A stretch of DNA of 63,838 bases, counting the filler, from Collodictyon triciliatum (taxonomy: Eukaryota), in assembly GCA_043381765.1 (NCBI GenBank). It is 5 parts of 5 records of this genome, joined end to end, with 100 filler letters (N's around TTAATTAATTAA, not from the genome) between each part and the next. Parts side by side here need not be neighbours in the genome. Positions count along the whole stretch, not along the records: positions 26,874 to 42,373 come from JBHJMP010000414.1; positions 42,474 to 48,039 come from JBHJMP010000420.1; positions 48,140 to 59,883 come from JBHJMP010000422.1; 2 more parts are not named here. The stretch is one strand, 5' to 3'. Of this stretch, positions 37,801 to 55,700 are shown one piece after another. The translations under genes and the position numbers were made by a program. The first letter of the stretch is position 1. Each line of letters opens with the position of its first letter. The notes under the pieces are model-generated. The model saw nothing but the letters and a program-made list of their open reading frames with translations, was not told where the DNA came from and did not search any database.

Positions 37801-40800
37801 AGGAGATGTACTTCGTTGGATATGTGCCAGACAGATTCTGTGTTTCGAGAATCCAAAACACAGCCGAGTACTTTTTCCTTCAAAATCTGATTCACTTGCT
37901 TGGTTGCTTCTGGATTATCCTTTATGAGGGATGCAATGACAGAGCGCGTATCAGCGCGAGTCTGCTTTGTTCCTTGGTGGAGTGTGACAGTGAGCAACTC
38001 CTCCAAAACGCCTTTTTGAATGAGGTCGTCTCTGATGACAGAGTTCTTTGAGATGGACTCCAAGAGTTTTAATGAGCGTGTAATAAAGTGAATGGCACAT
38101 CCAAAACATTTGCCCGATGGTCTTTCAGCGGACGAACTTGACGGGCCTTGAAACCCACCACCTTGGCTCTGCGAGTAGCGCAGTAATTCTCGACGGAAGG
38201 ATGTCAACATTTGGACACTGCGGCTAAGTGCCTCAAAGTTTGGCTTGCAGTCTCGGTGATAGAGAGACCCCAGCGCTTGGATTTTCATATTGACCTTGTT
38301 GTTGGAGCTGCTGGACATTCCACGGCTCGCAGCGGCAGATATTATGTCTGTTATTTCTCGAGATGAATCGTCATCCTGATCGAGAATACGATGGATAATC
38401 TTTTGCAGCGGCTTCTTGAAGTTGACTAATTGCTGGTAGCTTTTATGGGCATTTTTTGTTTCCTTCTCGATGTTTTCCAGACAAAGCTTTCGGTCCTCCG
38501 CGCTAAAGATTCGGTCAGCACCAAGGTTGCGTTTAGCAAAGAACGAAAATTCAAATTTCCCATATCTGCAAAATCCGCACTGGACACAGAGGAATGCCCG
38601 TAGATCTTCGTAGTGAATGGCGCGGCACTGGCGGCACTGGAAAGCATTCTCTCCACAGGAACACATGCCGTGTTTTTCTGTGACTGTTCTACTGCAACTA
38701 GGACATTGAATCTTTTCAAAGGCAGCCGATGGACTTTCGTAAAACTCTGTGAATTCCAATTTGATGTTCGAAGCCACAATCGGTATGGGGAATTCGGCTT
38801 TAGCCTCGTTCTTTCCTTGCTGCACATGAATCGGAGCACCGCGTTTCCATAGTGCGTGGTTGTTCTTCAGTTCGGCCATGTCGGCACTTGACGTAGAGTA
38901 AAAGACAGACACTAGCTTGACACTCTTTGACTTTCTTGATTCGCTGCTAATATTGAGAGATACAGCTCGAAGTACATAGCTGCCATTAAACTTTATGATT
39001 TGCGAGTTGTGCATATACTTTACCTCAGACTTAATGGTATCCACTCGAATAGGATGGAACGGTACTTCAGGGTCGTTGCAAACTAAGCACGGGTCACTCT
39101 CGAGATAGAATCCGTCCACATCAATGTACTGGCCCAATGCCTTGTACATGAAGGAGTTTGGGTGGTTGACCAATAGGGTATTTTGCTCCCGAAGAATGTC
39201 TTTGAGGGAATCCACAACACCGCTGATGGCTTTTGTGTCCTTTCCACCGTAGATATGCATCATTTGTTCGTAGCAGTCGAAAAAGTCAGTTGCATTTTTA
39301 CCATATGAAGGCATGGAAGACAGTTTTGAGGTTAAAATTGACAAGATATCCTTCTGTTTCTCTGGATACAGCGAAAAAACAGCCAATACAAGCTTGCGGG
39401 TCTCTGTCCTCACAGCAGCGATGTTGACGCCAAGGAGGTAAGAGTCGATGAATTTGGAAAGCTGGCTATCTGAAATCGTCCATAAAACAGCAGGGTCTGC
39501 ATCAGAATCCCTCCTTCTCGATGGTTTTGGATCGGATGAGTTCTTTCTGCCTGTAATCTCTTCGCTTGCTTTTGACGCAGTCGGTTGGGATGAACTGGCA
39601 TCCTTTGGAGTAGATTGTGCATGCGAAGGTGCAGTCGAGTCCTTTTTGGTCTCTTCAGTACTAGCTGCTTCTGGGGTGCCAGCAAAGGCTTCCAGCAGCA
39701 GCTTGAGAACGCCAAGGATAGACTCTTCCACCATAAAGTCCGATATATGGAACAAAAAGGTCAGAACAGAAGGGTCTTGATGGCAGATGAGCTTCCAGTT
39801 ACGTGGTCTGCTTTGTGCTACTTTGAGAAGCTGATTGATTGCGTACAACAATTTGTGGCTGTGCTCAAAAGACAGGCTGTACATACCTCCTAATTTAAGT
39901 TGAGGAGCAATCTCTTTGATTTGTGAGAGATAAAACTTCATCACGCCACAATCACGCACCTCGTAGTATTTGCTCTTCGACTTGTAAATAGCACGTATTA
40001 CTTTCTTTGCAAGATTCTTGACAAAGAACGTCTGTGGGAGCGCTATTAGCTGGCACAGGAGTTTCACAAAGGTTGGCAGGTTCTCGTCGTCCATGTACGA
40101 GTCATCAACAGTCTTTTTCGCTCGAATCGTGTTGTAGTAGAACATAATCAGTATGTCGAGCAGCAGCTTCCGGTAATCCGAGAAGGGGTCGGGTGTGGCG
40201 CTGAGGACCAGGTCGGTCAGGAATGGCTCATATGTTCTCTTGAAAGAGTACTGAGGCACAAGAAGTAGGCTATCCGACTGCGACGAGGCATTTTCGGTGT
40301 TGCTCAGAACGGTGGACTGTTTCATTGAAGAATAAAAAAGGGTCAGTCTTTCTAGAGAGGCCACGACCAACGGGCCCAACTTCTGTTCGAGTATAAAGCT
40401 GGCCACTTCACCAGCAGAATGAAGAGTCGCTGCCTGTTGAAATGGCGATGTTAGAGACTCTACCACTTCAGCCGATTTCTTTTCCCTAACAGGTACCAGA
40501 TGCAAAAACTGCATAGACATCATGTCGCACTCCAGAAGGGCACTTCGGTTGGGTGAGAGTGAAAATATGGGACTGGATGCGTCTGGGGAGACGGTTGTGA
40601 TACATTTTTTGATAGACTCTGTGTCGAGCTTTCCTGATGTAATGAGGCTGAGCAAAATCTGGAGGTATGGCAGTGTATAGAAGCCCCCCTTTGATCTTTT
40701 CTCCTTAAATGACTCTAGCAGTAGATCAACAAATTGCTTTGTCGGGTAGGAGCTGGTGCCCACACTGTCATCGAGACTCATCCGGATGGCCTCTTGGAGC

Positions 40801-42190
40801 TCCACATCGATCATTTTCTCGCCCATGGAGTCTGCGCTAGGTCCATCTGCCAAAGAAGTGACAGCGATTTCATCACTCATGGGAATATCCTCGATGAGAA
40901 GTCTCTCCATGGAATGGTCACTGCGATGTTTTGTTCCTGTGAAGTCGGTCAGGTTTTGGTGGCAATCTTCGCACAGGTCAAAGTCCCCACAGACCAGACA
41001 ATGCCACCTGGCTTCTGTGATGGGCGTGCGTTTGCAGCCGTCGCAGTAGTATTGATAAGCTGGGCTGGATGTGCTGGCTATATCATTAACCACTTTATGG
41101 AAGACGCCGAAATAGTTGATTATGGCGGAAGTAGAGTAAACGCGAATGGCCTCGATGGGAGATTCAACCAGACTGATGATGTTTTTGATGCATTCTTGTA
41201 TGGTGCCCGGTGAGTTGCTCGCCAAAGATATTTGGGCAACAAGTATCAAGACAGTTCCTTGGACAATCGTGGACAAGTGTGGTGATTCACAAAGGTCTTC
41301 GTCAACGGACGACTGGAAAAGCCTCCAAAGACGGGAACTGATGGAGCTCTCACTCTTGATAAAGTTGTGGAATGTGGAAGGAGAGTAGGTCACGATGTCA
41401 ATCATGTTTTCATACGCCTGCACAAGGTGTGATATGGACAGGTGACCGTCAGAAGTGCTCATCAGCTTGGTACGAAGTGAATCCAGGAAGAGTGAATCTC
41501 GAGTCTGTCATTTATACAGAAAAAAATTAATTGACAGTTTAGTTAAATAATTTGGCAAATCGTCCAAACGGGGGGGAAACAAAAATGACGGATTTTTTTT
41601 TAACTGAGTTGGAACGCATCCTCAAACCTTGAAAAACTCTTCACGGTCGACAGTAATTTTTGACAATACTATATTTGCGTTGCGGAGTAGAGAAGGAGCA
41701 GAAGGTAGTGTATTCAGAACGGGAATCAAAGAGATTATGCTTGCTTTCAGATTATCCTTGACAATCACCGCAGTTTGTGATGGTTGGTTGTCTTCCTTGG
41801 CGATCAAATTCTTGATTCCAGCAAGACATGAAGTAATGATTTTCTCCTTTGCAAGCTTCGGGCTCTTTGACCAGCTCGAGTCCAGTATCAGAGGTCTTTG
41901 TGATTTTGAATCATCTGAATGTGTTTAAATTTTGATTATAATCATCATAAAAAAGTCTGCTGATAAAAGAGTAATTATTTTTTGTTTTTTTGTTTTTTAA
42001 AAAAAGTTCGACTACGATTGAAGGAGAAAAAGTATATTATGCAATAATATTTTTATGTCTATTTTTCTATACCTCCGGCTGTATTGGCTAAAGATTCAGC
42101 TTCGAATTCAGACTTTGAGATTGCATACACACGAATGCCACAACATCCAGGTTTATCCGCTGCACGCCCAAGATTGAACGAAAAGAATCC
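31842..42190 (-). CDS. UBR4: E3/E4 ubiquitin ligase UBR4 (BIG/Pushover/p600), C-terminal portion; 5' end lost at the contig end
   Basis: NHPNS..Y..L....DGFYLESDPCLVCNDPE; Cys-rich CPSCSR....HGMCSCGENAFQCRQCRAIHY; QEEFIPGSMNRNPYSS..VGPLMRNVKNKIC; PMVVVYRLQGLEGEARE; hemiRING CAICREGY...TVTYFKVIHFKCH; FSTDSLGGSESN. Stop TAA at 31842. Confidence 0.96.
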
Positions 42191-42275
42191 CTACGATTAT
42201 GCATACATGTTGGTATATGATGTTACTCTGCTTACATACAGGTGTGGCTAAGATTCCGCTATTCCAGCAACAACA

Positions 42276-42373
<98 letters not shown>

Positions 42374-42473
42374 NNNNNNNNNNNNNNNNNNNNNNNNNNN
42401 NNNNNNNNNNNNNNNNNTTAATTAATTAANNNNNNNNNNNNNNNNNNNNNNNNNNNNNNNNNNNNNNNNNNNN
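42374..42473. other. Artificial contig-joining spacer
   Basis: 44 N + TTAATTAATTAA + 44 N. Confidence 0.95.
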
Positions 42474-42701
42474 AAAAAAGAAAAAAGAAAAAAGAAAAAA
42501 GAAAAAAGAAAAAAGAAAAAAGAAAAAAGAAAAAAGAAAAAAGAAAAAAGAAAAAAGAAAAAAGAAAAAGAAAGAAAAGAAAGAAATAGAAAAAGAACAA
42601 AATCAAACCAAAGCAAAGGTAGAATAAAGGAGAATGCGAAAGAAAAGAACCACAGAACGCACCCCCAGACTAATTCAGCAGCACGCAAGCAGACGCAACC
42701 G

Positions 42702-46656
<3,955 letters not shown>

Positions 46657-48039
46657 TGCAAGAAAAAAGTCATATATATATATATATATATAAGCATTAT
46701 CTCGTGTACATCTTGATTCTTTCGCCAGCAGCAATAATGACATGTGACTGTATCATACCAGATATGCATCGCCCTCGGTCAATACGCTATTGAATCGAAC
46801 ACTGTGCAAAAAGTGAAGTTGAGAAGGCATAGAAAAATAAAAGTAAAAATAATGCGATTAAAAAAAAAAGAGAAAAGAAGAGGGGTTCAAATTGCTAATT
46901 AACTTGTCATTCATAAATGAAACAACAACAACAACAACATAACACATTTCATCGGATGACTTGAACTGAAGGAATTGAATTCTTATCTACTTCCACGGGG
47001 GAGTACCAAAATTAAGTTATAATAAATATGTTGCGGTTGGTGCTGTTATTCTGTCTCGACTTCAGTTGGTACGTATTTTCTTTTGTTGTGGCTTTACATT
47101 AGAAGAATTTATGCTACCCAACATCCATCCCTTGGACGAAGCAAACTCATTTCTTCGATTAAAATAATATATCATTGTGAAAGCATACTTCATTACCAAT
47201 ATCTTCGTGTCTTGTGTTCTGGTTTTTTTTTTTTATCACCTATGTTCTACCTTTCTCATCATGTTTCTCGTGTTTTTCTCTTCATGTGGCTATTGAGACT
47301 AGATCTCCTGTTGCTTTCTTGTTGCTTTCTTGTTGCTTTCTTGATGCTTTCTTGTTGCTTCCTTCTGTCTTAGTTTGCCGCGCAATTCGCAAGCTTATCC
47401 TTTTCATACCAATAGAAATAAAAGAAAAAAAAAGTTCAGATTGGCATTTTTTTCTGCGTAATTTCTTTCGCCTTTTCTAAATATTCCTTTTTTCTTTCTA
47501 TTCTTTTTATTTGTGGAAGAAACATAAAATCAGTGATTTAATTAAAAAAAAAAACTGACAGATTGGATGAACGACAAACTGACAAACAAACAGACTGACA
47601 GACACTATCGAGTGAGTGAGTGGAGTGAGTGGAGCCCGTCCGAACGGCAGATATTGAGCCGCAGTCTAAAAAGGCTTATCATCTGTGTCAGTTTTGTGCA
47701 CTTCCTTTGTTGTTGGAGAGAACAAGAATGAATGAAGCCAATCTATAAAATAACGCAAAATAAAATAAAAGAACAGTGAAAAAGTTGGTGTGTGGCTTAT
47801 TGGGCGTGCCGACTCGTGTCTAGTGTTTTCGCATAGAAGGAGCATACATCAACTACAAAGAAAAATCGAGTGATCGAAAGTCCAGAGAAAAAATAAATAA
47901 TAAAATAGGCTTACATACAACGTACCACCCAACAATATTATTTCTTTTTCTCTTTCTCTTTCTCTTTCTCTTTCTCTTTCTCTTTCTCTTTCTCTTTCTC
48001 TTTCTCTTTCTCTTTCTCTTTCTCTTTCTCTTTCTCTTT

Positions 48040-48139
48040 NNNNNNNNNNNNNNNNNNNNNNNNNNNNNNNNNNNNNNNNNNNNTTAATTAATTAANNNNN
48101 NNNNNNNNNNNNNNNNNNNNNNNNNNNNNNNNNNNNNNN
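48040..48139. other. Artificial contig-joining spacer
   Basis: 44 N + TTAATTAATTAA + 44 N. Confidence 0.95.
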
Positions 48140-48654
48140 AAGAAGAAAAAGAAGAAAAAGAAGAAAAAGAAGAAAAAGAAGAAAAAGAAGAAAAAGAAGA
48201 AAAAGAAGAAAAAGAAGAAAAAGAAGAAAAGAAGAAAAGAAGAAAAGAAGAAAAGAAGAAAAAGAAGAAAAAGAAAAAGAAAAAGAAAAAGAAAAAGAAA
48301 TGCAAGAGAATGAATAAGGAAGACTCTTCAATGCTTGAGGTTTAACTGTGTCGTAAATGCACAATAAATGCTTTTCATATTTCAGGTTTCCATTAATTTG
48401 TTTTGATTATGTCGCGCATAACTCTTAAACCTTTGGGCATTGAAAAGTGTTTTCTTTGATGTCGCTCACTCTCAAACTAGACAGAGATCTGGTGATTTCA
48501 CGTCCCCTTTTCACACTTTTTCAACACAACCACTTTTAGTGCTCCACAAAGTCGCACCCTCGGTTCCAAGCAAAGACCGTGAAGCAACGTCCTTTCTTCC
48601 TCTTTTTCATCTTCGTCTTTTTCCCAGCTTTTATTCTTTCCTCCGCATAGATCG

Positions 48655-49159
48655 ATGTCGTTCTTCCGTGCTTTAAAAACACTCGACGCGTACCCAAAGA
48701 CGCAGGAGGATTACCGCATCCGAACAGTTTCTGGTGCGCTATGTGAGTTTCTACTATGGGATTATTGACTCTCTCTTTCTTCTCATCCATGATGGCATTT
48801 TTTTTTTGGCTTGGGCAATTAGATGTATGATAAAAATATGTATAGTCATTGTCGATGGAGCTTGAGCTCTCTTTCTATTCTCTCTTTACAACCTTTCGAG
48901 TTCTTTTTCTTTTCTTTTCTTTTCTTTTCTTTTCTTTTCTTTTCTTTTCTTTTCTTTTCTTTTCTTTTCTTTTCTTTTCTTTTCTTTTCTCTTACTATTA
49001 CTATTACTATTACTATTACTATTACTATTACTATTACTATTACTATTACTATTACTATTACTATTACTATTACTATTACTATTACTATCACTATCACTAT
49101 CACTATCACTATCACTATCACTATCACTATCACTATCACTATCACTATCACTATTACTA

Positions 49160-49190
<31 letters not shown>

Positions 49191-49218
49191 GCTATCACTA
49201 TCACTATCACTATCACTA

Positions 49219-49293
<75 letters not shown>

Positions 49294-52164
49294 CTTCGTC
49301 TACTTTCTGCTTTTCTTTTTTTAATCCCTTTCACCCCGAGATATGTTAATGACGGATTGACTCGTCTCTATAGTGTCGATCATCAGTGTAGGCTTGATTT
49401 CTCTGCTCCTTTTTTCAGAGCTGTCCTACTACAGTGTTGTTGATGTACAAAATGAACTCTCTGTGGACACTTCGCGTGGGGAAAAGCTTGTGATTCATTT
49501 CGACTTTGTATTTCATAGCCTTCCGTGTCAAGGTTTCGACATTCACTGCCATATTATTTGGCATTAACATCATAACTCTAAATTGAAAATATTTTTTTCT
49601 GTTTATTCGTTGAGTTGTTTTGCAATCATCGAATTATACAGCAAAGTTTCATGATTCACAATCTTGATAAACATTGTTTTGTCACACGAGCTTTCATACT
49701 TCTTCTCAATATTCATCTATGCACGCTCCTCAAAATAGACTTTGCGTTTTTATTTCTACTATGTATTTTTTATGTTTCAATTTATACGACAGCGATCAGC
49801 GTTGATGTCATGGATATCTCTGGGGCTACTCAATTGGACATCACACACAACTTATTCAAAAAAAGGCTTTCGGCAGAGGGACATCCCTTAGATATAGGAC
49901 GGAAAGAACACAGTGAGTTAATAAAATGAAAAGCAGTTTGAAAGGATAAAAACCTACTAGTAAAATATTATCTGGTTCATCATGTGAAGTTGAGCCAATC
50001 TAACGTTATTCTTTTCCGACTTTATTTATATCCAAACCTATCACACACCATGTCGTCCTTAATGTTTCCGAGTGACTTAAGCAGATGCGTGTCAACGATG
50101 TTTTTATAACTTTTTTAATTATGAACTTTTGATGTTTTAAATAACAAGTGTACTAAAACAGTCAACATACAGAGATTGGAAAAGAAGATAGCAATAATAC
50201 AACAGAAGCAGGGGAGCCTTGTGGAGACTGTTATGGCGCGGTCAACCAGGGTGAGGAGCATCCCTGTTGCAATACATGTGATGAGTTGAGGCGAAGATAT
50301 AGCACTCGGGGGTGGGACGTGACCTCTCTGTTAAGCACGCCCCAGGTTGAATTTTCATACAAAATGATTTCATTTAATTTTTTAAAAAGTAACATTTGTT
50401 CTTTTATTTTATTTTTTGATCGCCGTAAAGATAATAATCATTTAATTCTCACTATTCTCTCCGTTCCCCCGCTCAATGTTAATTTAATATTCGTTTTACA
50501 ATTTTTTATTTCATACCCTTATCAACGACAACATTACACATATTTTTTTAATTTCAATTGATATATTATTTCTTTCTTCTTTCCTATCCCTTTTTCTTTA
50601 TCAGTGTTTGGCTGATGAAGGTTATACAATCCAAGGCCAGCCAGGTGAAGGTTGTAACGTATATGGATTTCTGGAAGTAAATAAGGTAATTGAGTCACTC
50701 TTTTGGTTCAATTATCATCAAAACTTTTCATCACGACTTAAAAATACTTCCGTTTGCTAAATATTTTCTCTATCATCTCATATGATTATTAACCCCTCAA
50801 CAGAAGGTGCATACATTCATCGATACTTTCATTTATAACATTTTGAAGGTTACGGGCAACTTTCACTTTGCTCCAGGAAGAACTATGAGCAACAACGGCA
50901 TACATATGCACGACCTTTCTCTTACCAACGGAATGGTCAATCTTACTCACACGTAAAAAATTTTTATTCGTGCAAATCTGCATAAAACATAAATGATATT
51001 CAGATATGTGTCCATTTAAAATAAAAATAAAGATGGTAAAGCAAATTAAATAAAATATATGTATATTCATTCAATACTTTAGCTCGTTCAAGTGCCAGCA
51101 TTAATTTATTATTTTCGCGTTATTTTTAACATATATTTATGTCTATTCTCAATATTAAATGCAATTATGACTCAATTTGATATTGGCAAAGGATTCGACA
51201 TCTCTCATTTGGGGACCATTTTCCAGGTGTTGTGTATCCTCTTAACGGAGTGAAAAAAGTTGCACCAGAAGGTATACATGAGTATCCTACTAATACGACT
51301 TTATGTTTATTATCATTTCAATTTTTTTCTTTCAGCCTTTTCATTCCGGTTGCCACTCATATATGAAAACCATAAAAAGAAGAAAAAATGATGAGATTGA
51401 TGGTTTGTTGACGCTATTTATGTTTAGAATCAACTGGGCAAATATACAAATACTTTGTCAAAGTCGTGCCTACAATATACAGGCCATTACTGGGAGAGGT
51501 AGGTTCACAAGCATCTTTCGAATAGCAACATCGTACTTATTTACGTCTTCGATACAACCACTATTTTTTCCTCGTTCATTTCCTTTTTGTATGCACAGAT
51601 TGCGTATCGATGTGTATTCACACACGAAAGATTAAACTAAACTCAAGAGACTCACTCAAGCACACACTCTTTTTTTTTCCGCACCAGCCAATCCGAAGCA
51701 ATCAGTACTCATCCACAGAACATTTTACGGAGACCAAACTGGATTCTGAAAACTCTGTGCCTGGTATCCTCATCCACTACGAAGCATCTCCAATCATGGT
51801 TCTCTTTACAGAACAGCTACGGTCACTCACTCATTTCGCCACCAGTGCATGCGGAATCATCGGGGGAATCATGACGGTATAACGAATTAACTCGCTATGC
51901 AAACTTTGTAATTGACTCAAATAAAATAACAGACGACAAGCAACAGGCAAAGAAGAATTTATTTAAAATCTACCCGAGCTAATGACATAAAAAAAAAACC
52001 CCCATCAAATGAAACACCTTTTGCAGCTAGCTCATTTTCACTTTTAATTCTTATATGGCTTGCAATTGTCATGATTATTTTAGGTCACTGGGCTGATAGA
52101 CTCGTTTATTCACCGCACATCGAGGCCGAAGTACCACAAAACAGTCCCGTCCAAAGGAAACTAG
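48655..52164 (+). CDS. ERGIC3: ER-Golgi intermediate compartment protein 3 / Erv46
   Basis: LKTLDAYPKTQEDYRIRTVSGA; VDTSRGEKL; DVMDISG; CGDCYGA..CCNTCDEL; EGCNVYGFLEVNK|VTGNFHFAPG; HLSFG..FPG...PLNG; YKYFVKVVPTIY; SNQYS; CGIIGGIMT|VTGLIDSFI...SKGN* (last exon 52084-52164). Confidence 0.96.
48905..49293 (+). repeat. Compound microsatellite block (TTTTC)n-(TACTAT)n-(CACTAT)n-(TAT)n in ERGIC3 intron 1
   Basis: Successive perfect tandem arrays. Confidence 0.93.
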
Positions 52165-52778
52165 AATCAACTCCGTTTTTTTGTCATAAAGGAATTGCTC
52201 CCAAAAGAAACTTAATGTTATACGCCAATTTCGCTCGCGAGTAATAATCTCGCTGTCGTCCTGGTATGCAGTCGAGCAGCGATTGATGCGCTTCATAAAA
52301 TAGGTCTCATTCCGCCTCTCTGACAAGGACCATGAGGAAACACAGGAGGAGCTCTCTAATTCATATGCATTCTATTTTCTTTTCTCTTTTACTAAGGAAT
52401 ATATATATTGAAAAAGAAACAAAGCAGTCTGCGATTCGACGGTGGATAATGCCACAAGGATATACTGGCTTGAGAGATACAAGCACCGCATAATTCATTT
52501 GCGATATATGTCAATCCGGACTCAAACAAATCACCTTTGCCTGTGTTTCCGCGAAACCTGATTTTTCTTGAATATGCAACCAAAGAGGGCGACGATCAAT
52601 TATTGCAAGCGGTTTAATATGCGATGATGACGGCGGTGATGATGCAACCTCTCAGACCAAGAAAACAAAAGGAAGGAAATAATTGAGGACCATAAACTAA
52701 TTGAAGCATCAGTCTCGATTACTTTTCCCTTCTTTCTCTCTTTTTCTTCTTCTTTTAAACTTTTCATCTACGCACCGG

Positions 52779-55700
52779 TTACTTTCGAAGTCTGTTAGCA
52801 AGATTCGAAGCCAAAAAGAGGTAGAAACGCCCAGGAAGCTCCGGGTCCAAGTGGAGCAGTGACTCCACATACGAGCGCTCCATCACATAAATGTCGACAC
52901 CATCCTGTTTGTTTAATTTATATTTGTTTGTTTTAGCAGAGATGTGACAAGAAAACGAATATTGCTGTGATTATCTTCATCATCATATAGTGAATTTACA
53001 AAGAGTAAATGCAGGCAAATATGATGCCAAGATTCAGCACAGATATGCCCCATAAATATCACGACATAGGTGTGTCCTTTCATCACATATACATATGTAT
53101 ATTTCTTGTTCTAAGCTAATCGATTTGACGACCTCGTCTGCGATGATGGACGCCGAAGCAGGCACGGGTTGTAGAAAGGACATTTCGCCAAAAAGCTGAC
53201 CCTGGCCCATCTTGCGGAAGATGATTGTTTCTGCACCGGAACCCTTCTGAACACGCACGTTTCCTTTGCCGATCTGATAGAGGCATCTTGCACGGCTGTC
53301 AAAGTATACAATGGTTTGTGTGTTTGTTCGATGTAGTATATCCACACACACATGGCTAGCCTAAGTGATTGGAGTTATCAAGGGGATGAGAGAGGTAATG
53401 TTTGTGGTCACCTTCCTTCTTCCAACACTGCTTCATCTTTCTTGAAGGTCACAAGCTTGGCTCCAGTCAGAAACATCTTCATATCCTGGAGGAAAAGAAA
53501 GAGAAAGATGGGATGTGATGTGAGAATAGGAAAAGGAAGACGAGGGAATGGGTCTTACATCTTGATAGCTTGTCTGTATGTTAATATAATATTTTTATTT
53601 TATTTATTTTAATAAAAGAATCCGAATGAAACCTTTTGGGACAACACTTCGACTTTTCCTTGCGTGCTGATATCACGAGATGATTCCAGTGCGCGAGCTG
53701 TGCGGGCAAAGGCATTTCGAGTGGCCTGTATAGATGTTACATCATGAATTCTTGCTCGCGAGTCATAACACATCACAAGGCAGACAAAAAGAGTGAAAGC
53801 TAAGTTGAATACCTTGACCGTGCGCCAAGCGCCTGAAATGGAATCATACGCTTCCTTTACGTTCTCGATGTTGGTAAATATAAGCTATATACGAATACAT
53901 GAACTTATGAGAAACGTTGGCGGCTAGAATTTTGGGTTAAAGAAAAAGAAAGAAAAAGAAAGAAAAAGAAAGAAAAAGAAAGAAAAAGAAAGAAAAAGAA
54001 AGAAAAAGAAAGAAAAAGAAAGAAAAAGAAAGAAAAAGAAAGAAAAAAGAAAAAAAGGAAGAAAACAACTTCTCGGCTGTCGTCAGTCGTAAACTCAATA
54101 GCAGCTTCATTAGCGGTGATGGTAGCCAATGTCTTCAAAGGAATAACATCCTGATTCAAACAAAATATCCATTAGTCAGAAGATTTATTCCAACTATTAC
54201 AAGTATGGTTTAATGATGGTAAAAGCTGTAGATACGGACAAAACCAACCTTCGTTTTCATGCCTATAATTTGTGCTGCAAAGGAAATGTGGTTTGATGAT
54301 ACATAAAGAGTGCCGTGCTGTCTAATCATTTTCTCATACGAACAGGGTATTGCTGCAAAAAGAAAAGGGACAATTGATGCTATTATTTTGTGAAAACCGC
54401 TTCACATATATTTAAGCAATGATACTAGCAATTGAAAATCATACTAATGCTGAATCATGGTGCAAATTTATAAATACCAGAAATCAGCTCCTCCTCTTTG
54501 GAGAAGCCAAACGTCTTTTGAAGCTTTTCATTTGTGATTTTGGGCGTCTTTTTCTCAACCAAGGAATTCGGAGCAACCTGTCATATACAAATGCATTATT
54601 GCGTTAGGAATGTGTAGCAACAAAGGAAAGTAAATAAAATCAAAAAGCTTTCTTTGTATATATAAAGCTACGTCATAATTTCATAGCCATGATACTACAA
54701 ATTATAAATCTCCCAACTTTGCGGCTTCGTAGACGCTCGGCCAATTGGATTGCAAGAAAATTATAAAATCGGCCTGTGAGCCCAGGGTCGACCTTAAATA
54801 AACCTTTATTCAAGTAAGCATTTTTGTCAATCTTTGAGCGTGTATTTCCCTTCTTATGAAGCTATACTATCCATGAATTAAAATATGGATAAAGATTACT
54901 TTCGATGAACTGCCCATCGATGATGTAGACAGCAGTAGGGTTTTCATCAGCAATGACTGTTGCGCTAGCAGAGCTCCCTTCCAGGAATGATATTTCACCG
55001 AAGAATTGCCCTAGGTAACGAAAAGATATGACATAAAACCAGGAAAGATAATTTAGATAAATGGGAAATGAAACAAAAATGAAGAAAATGAAGAAAATGA
55101 AGAAAATGAAGAGAAAAGAGAAAAAAAAGAGAAAAAAAAAGAGAAAAAAAGAGAGAAAAAAAGAGAGAAAAAAAGAGAGAAAAAAAGAGAGAAAAAAAGA
55201 GAGAAAAAAAGAGAAAAAAAGAGAGAAAAAAAGAGAGAAAAAAAGAGAGAAAAAAAGAGAAAAAAAGAGAGAAAAGAGAAAAGAAGAGAGAAAAGAAGAG
55301 AGAAAAGAAGAGAGAAAAGAAGAGAGAAAAGAAGAGAGAAAAGAAGAGAGAAAAGAAGAGAGAAAAGAAGAGANNNNNNNNNNNNNNNNNNNNNNNNNNN
55401 NNNNNNNNNNNNNNNNNNNNNNNNNNNNNNNNNNNNNNNNNNNNNNNNNNNNNNNNNNNNNNNNNNNNNNNNNGAAACAGAAACAGAAACAGAAACAGAA
55501 ACAGAAACAGAAACAGAAACAGAAACAGAAACAGAAACAGAAACAGAAACAGAAACAGAAACAGAAACAGAGACAGAGACAGAGACAGAGGCAGCTTCTG
55601 TAAGTTAAAAAAATGAAGTAAAAGCGATTGTACTGTGCTAACCTTCCTCCATCGTACGCAGAACCTCTCCGCCTTTTTCCACACGAATTCTTCCACGAGC

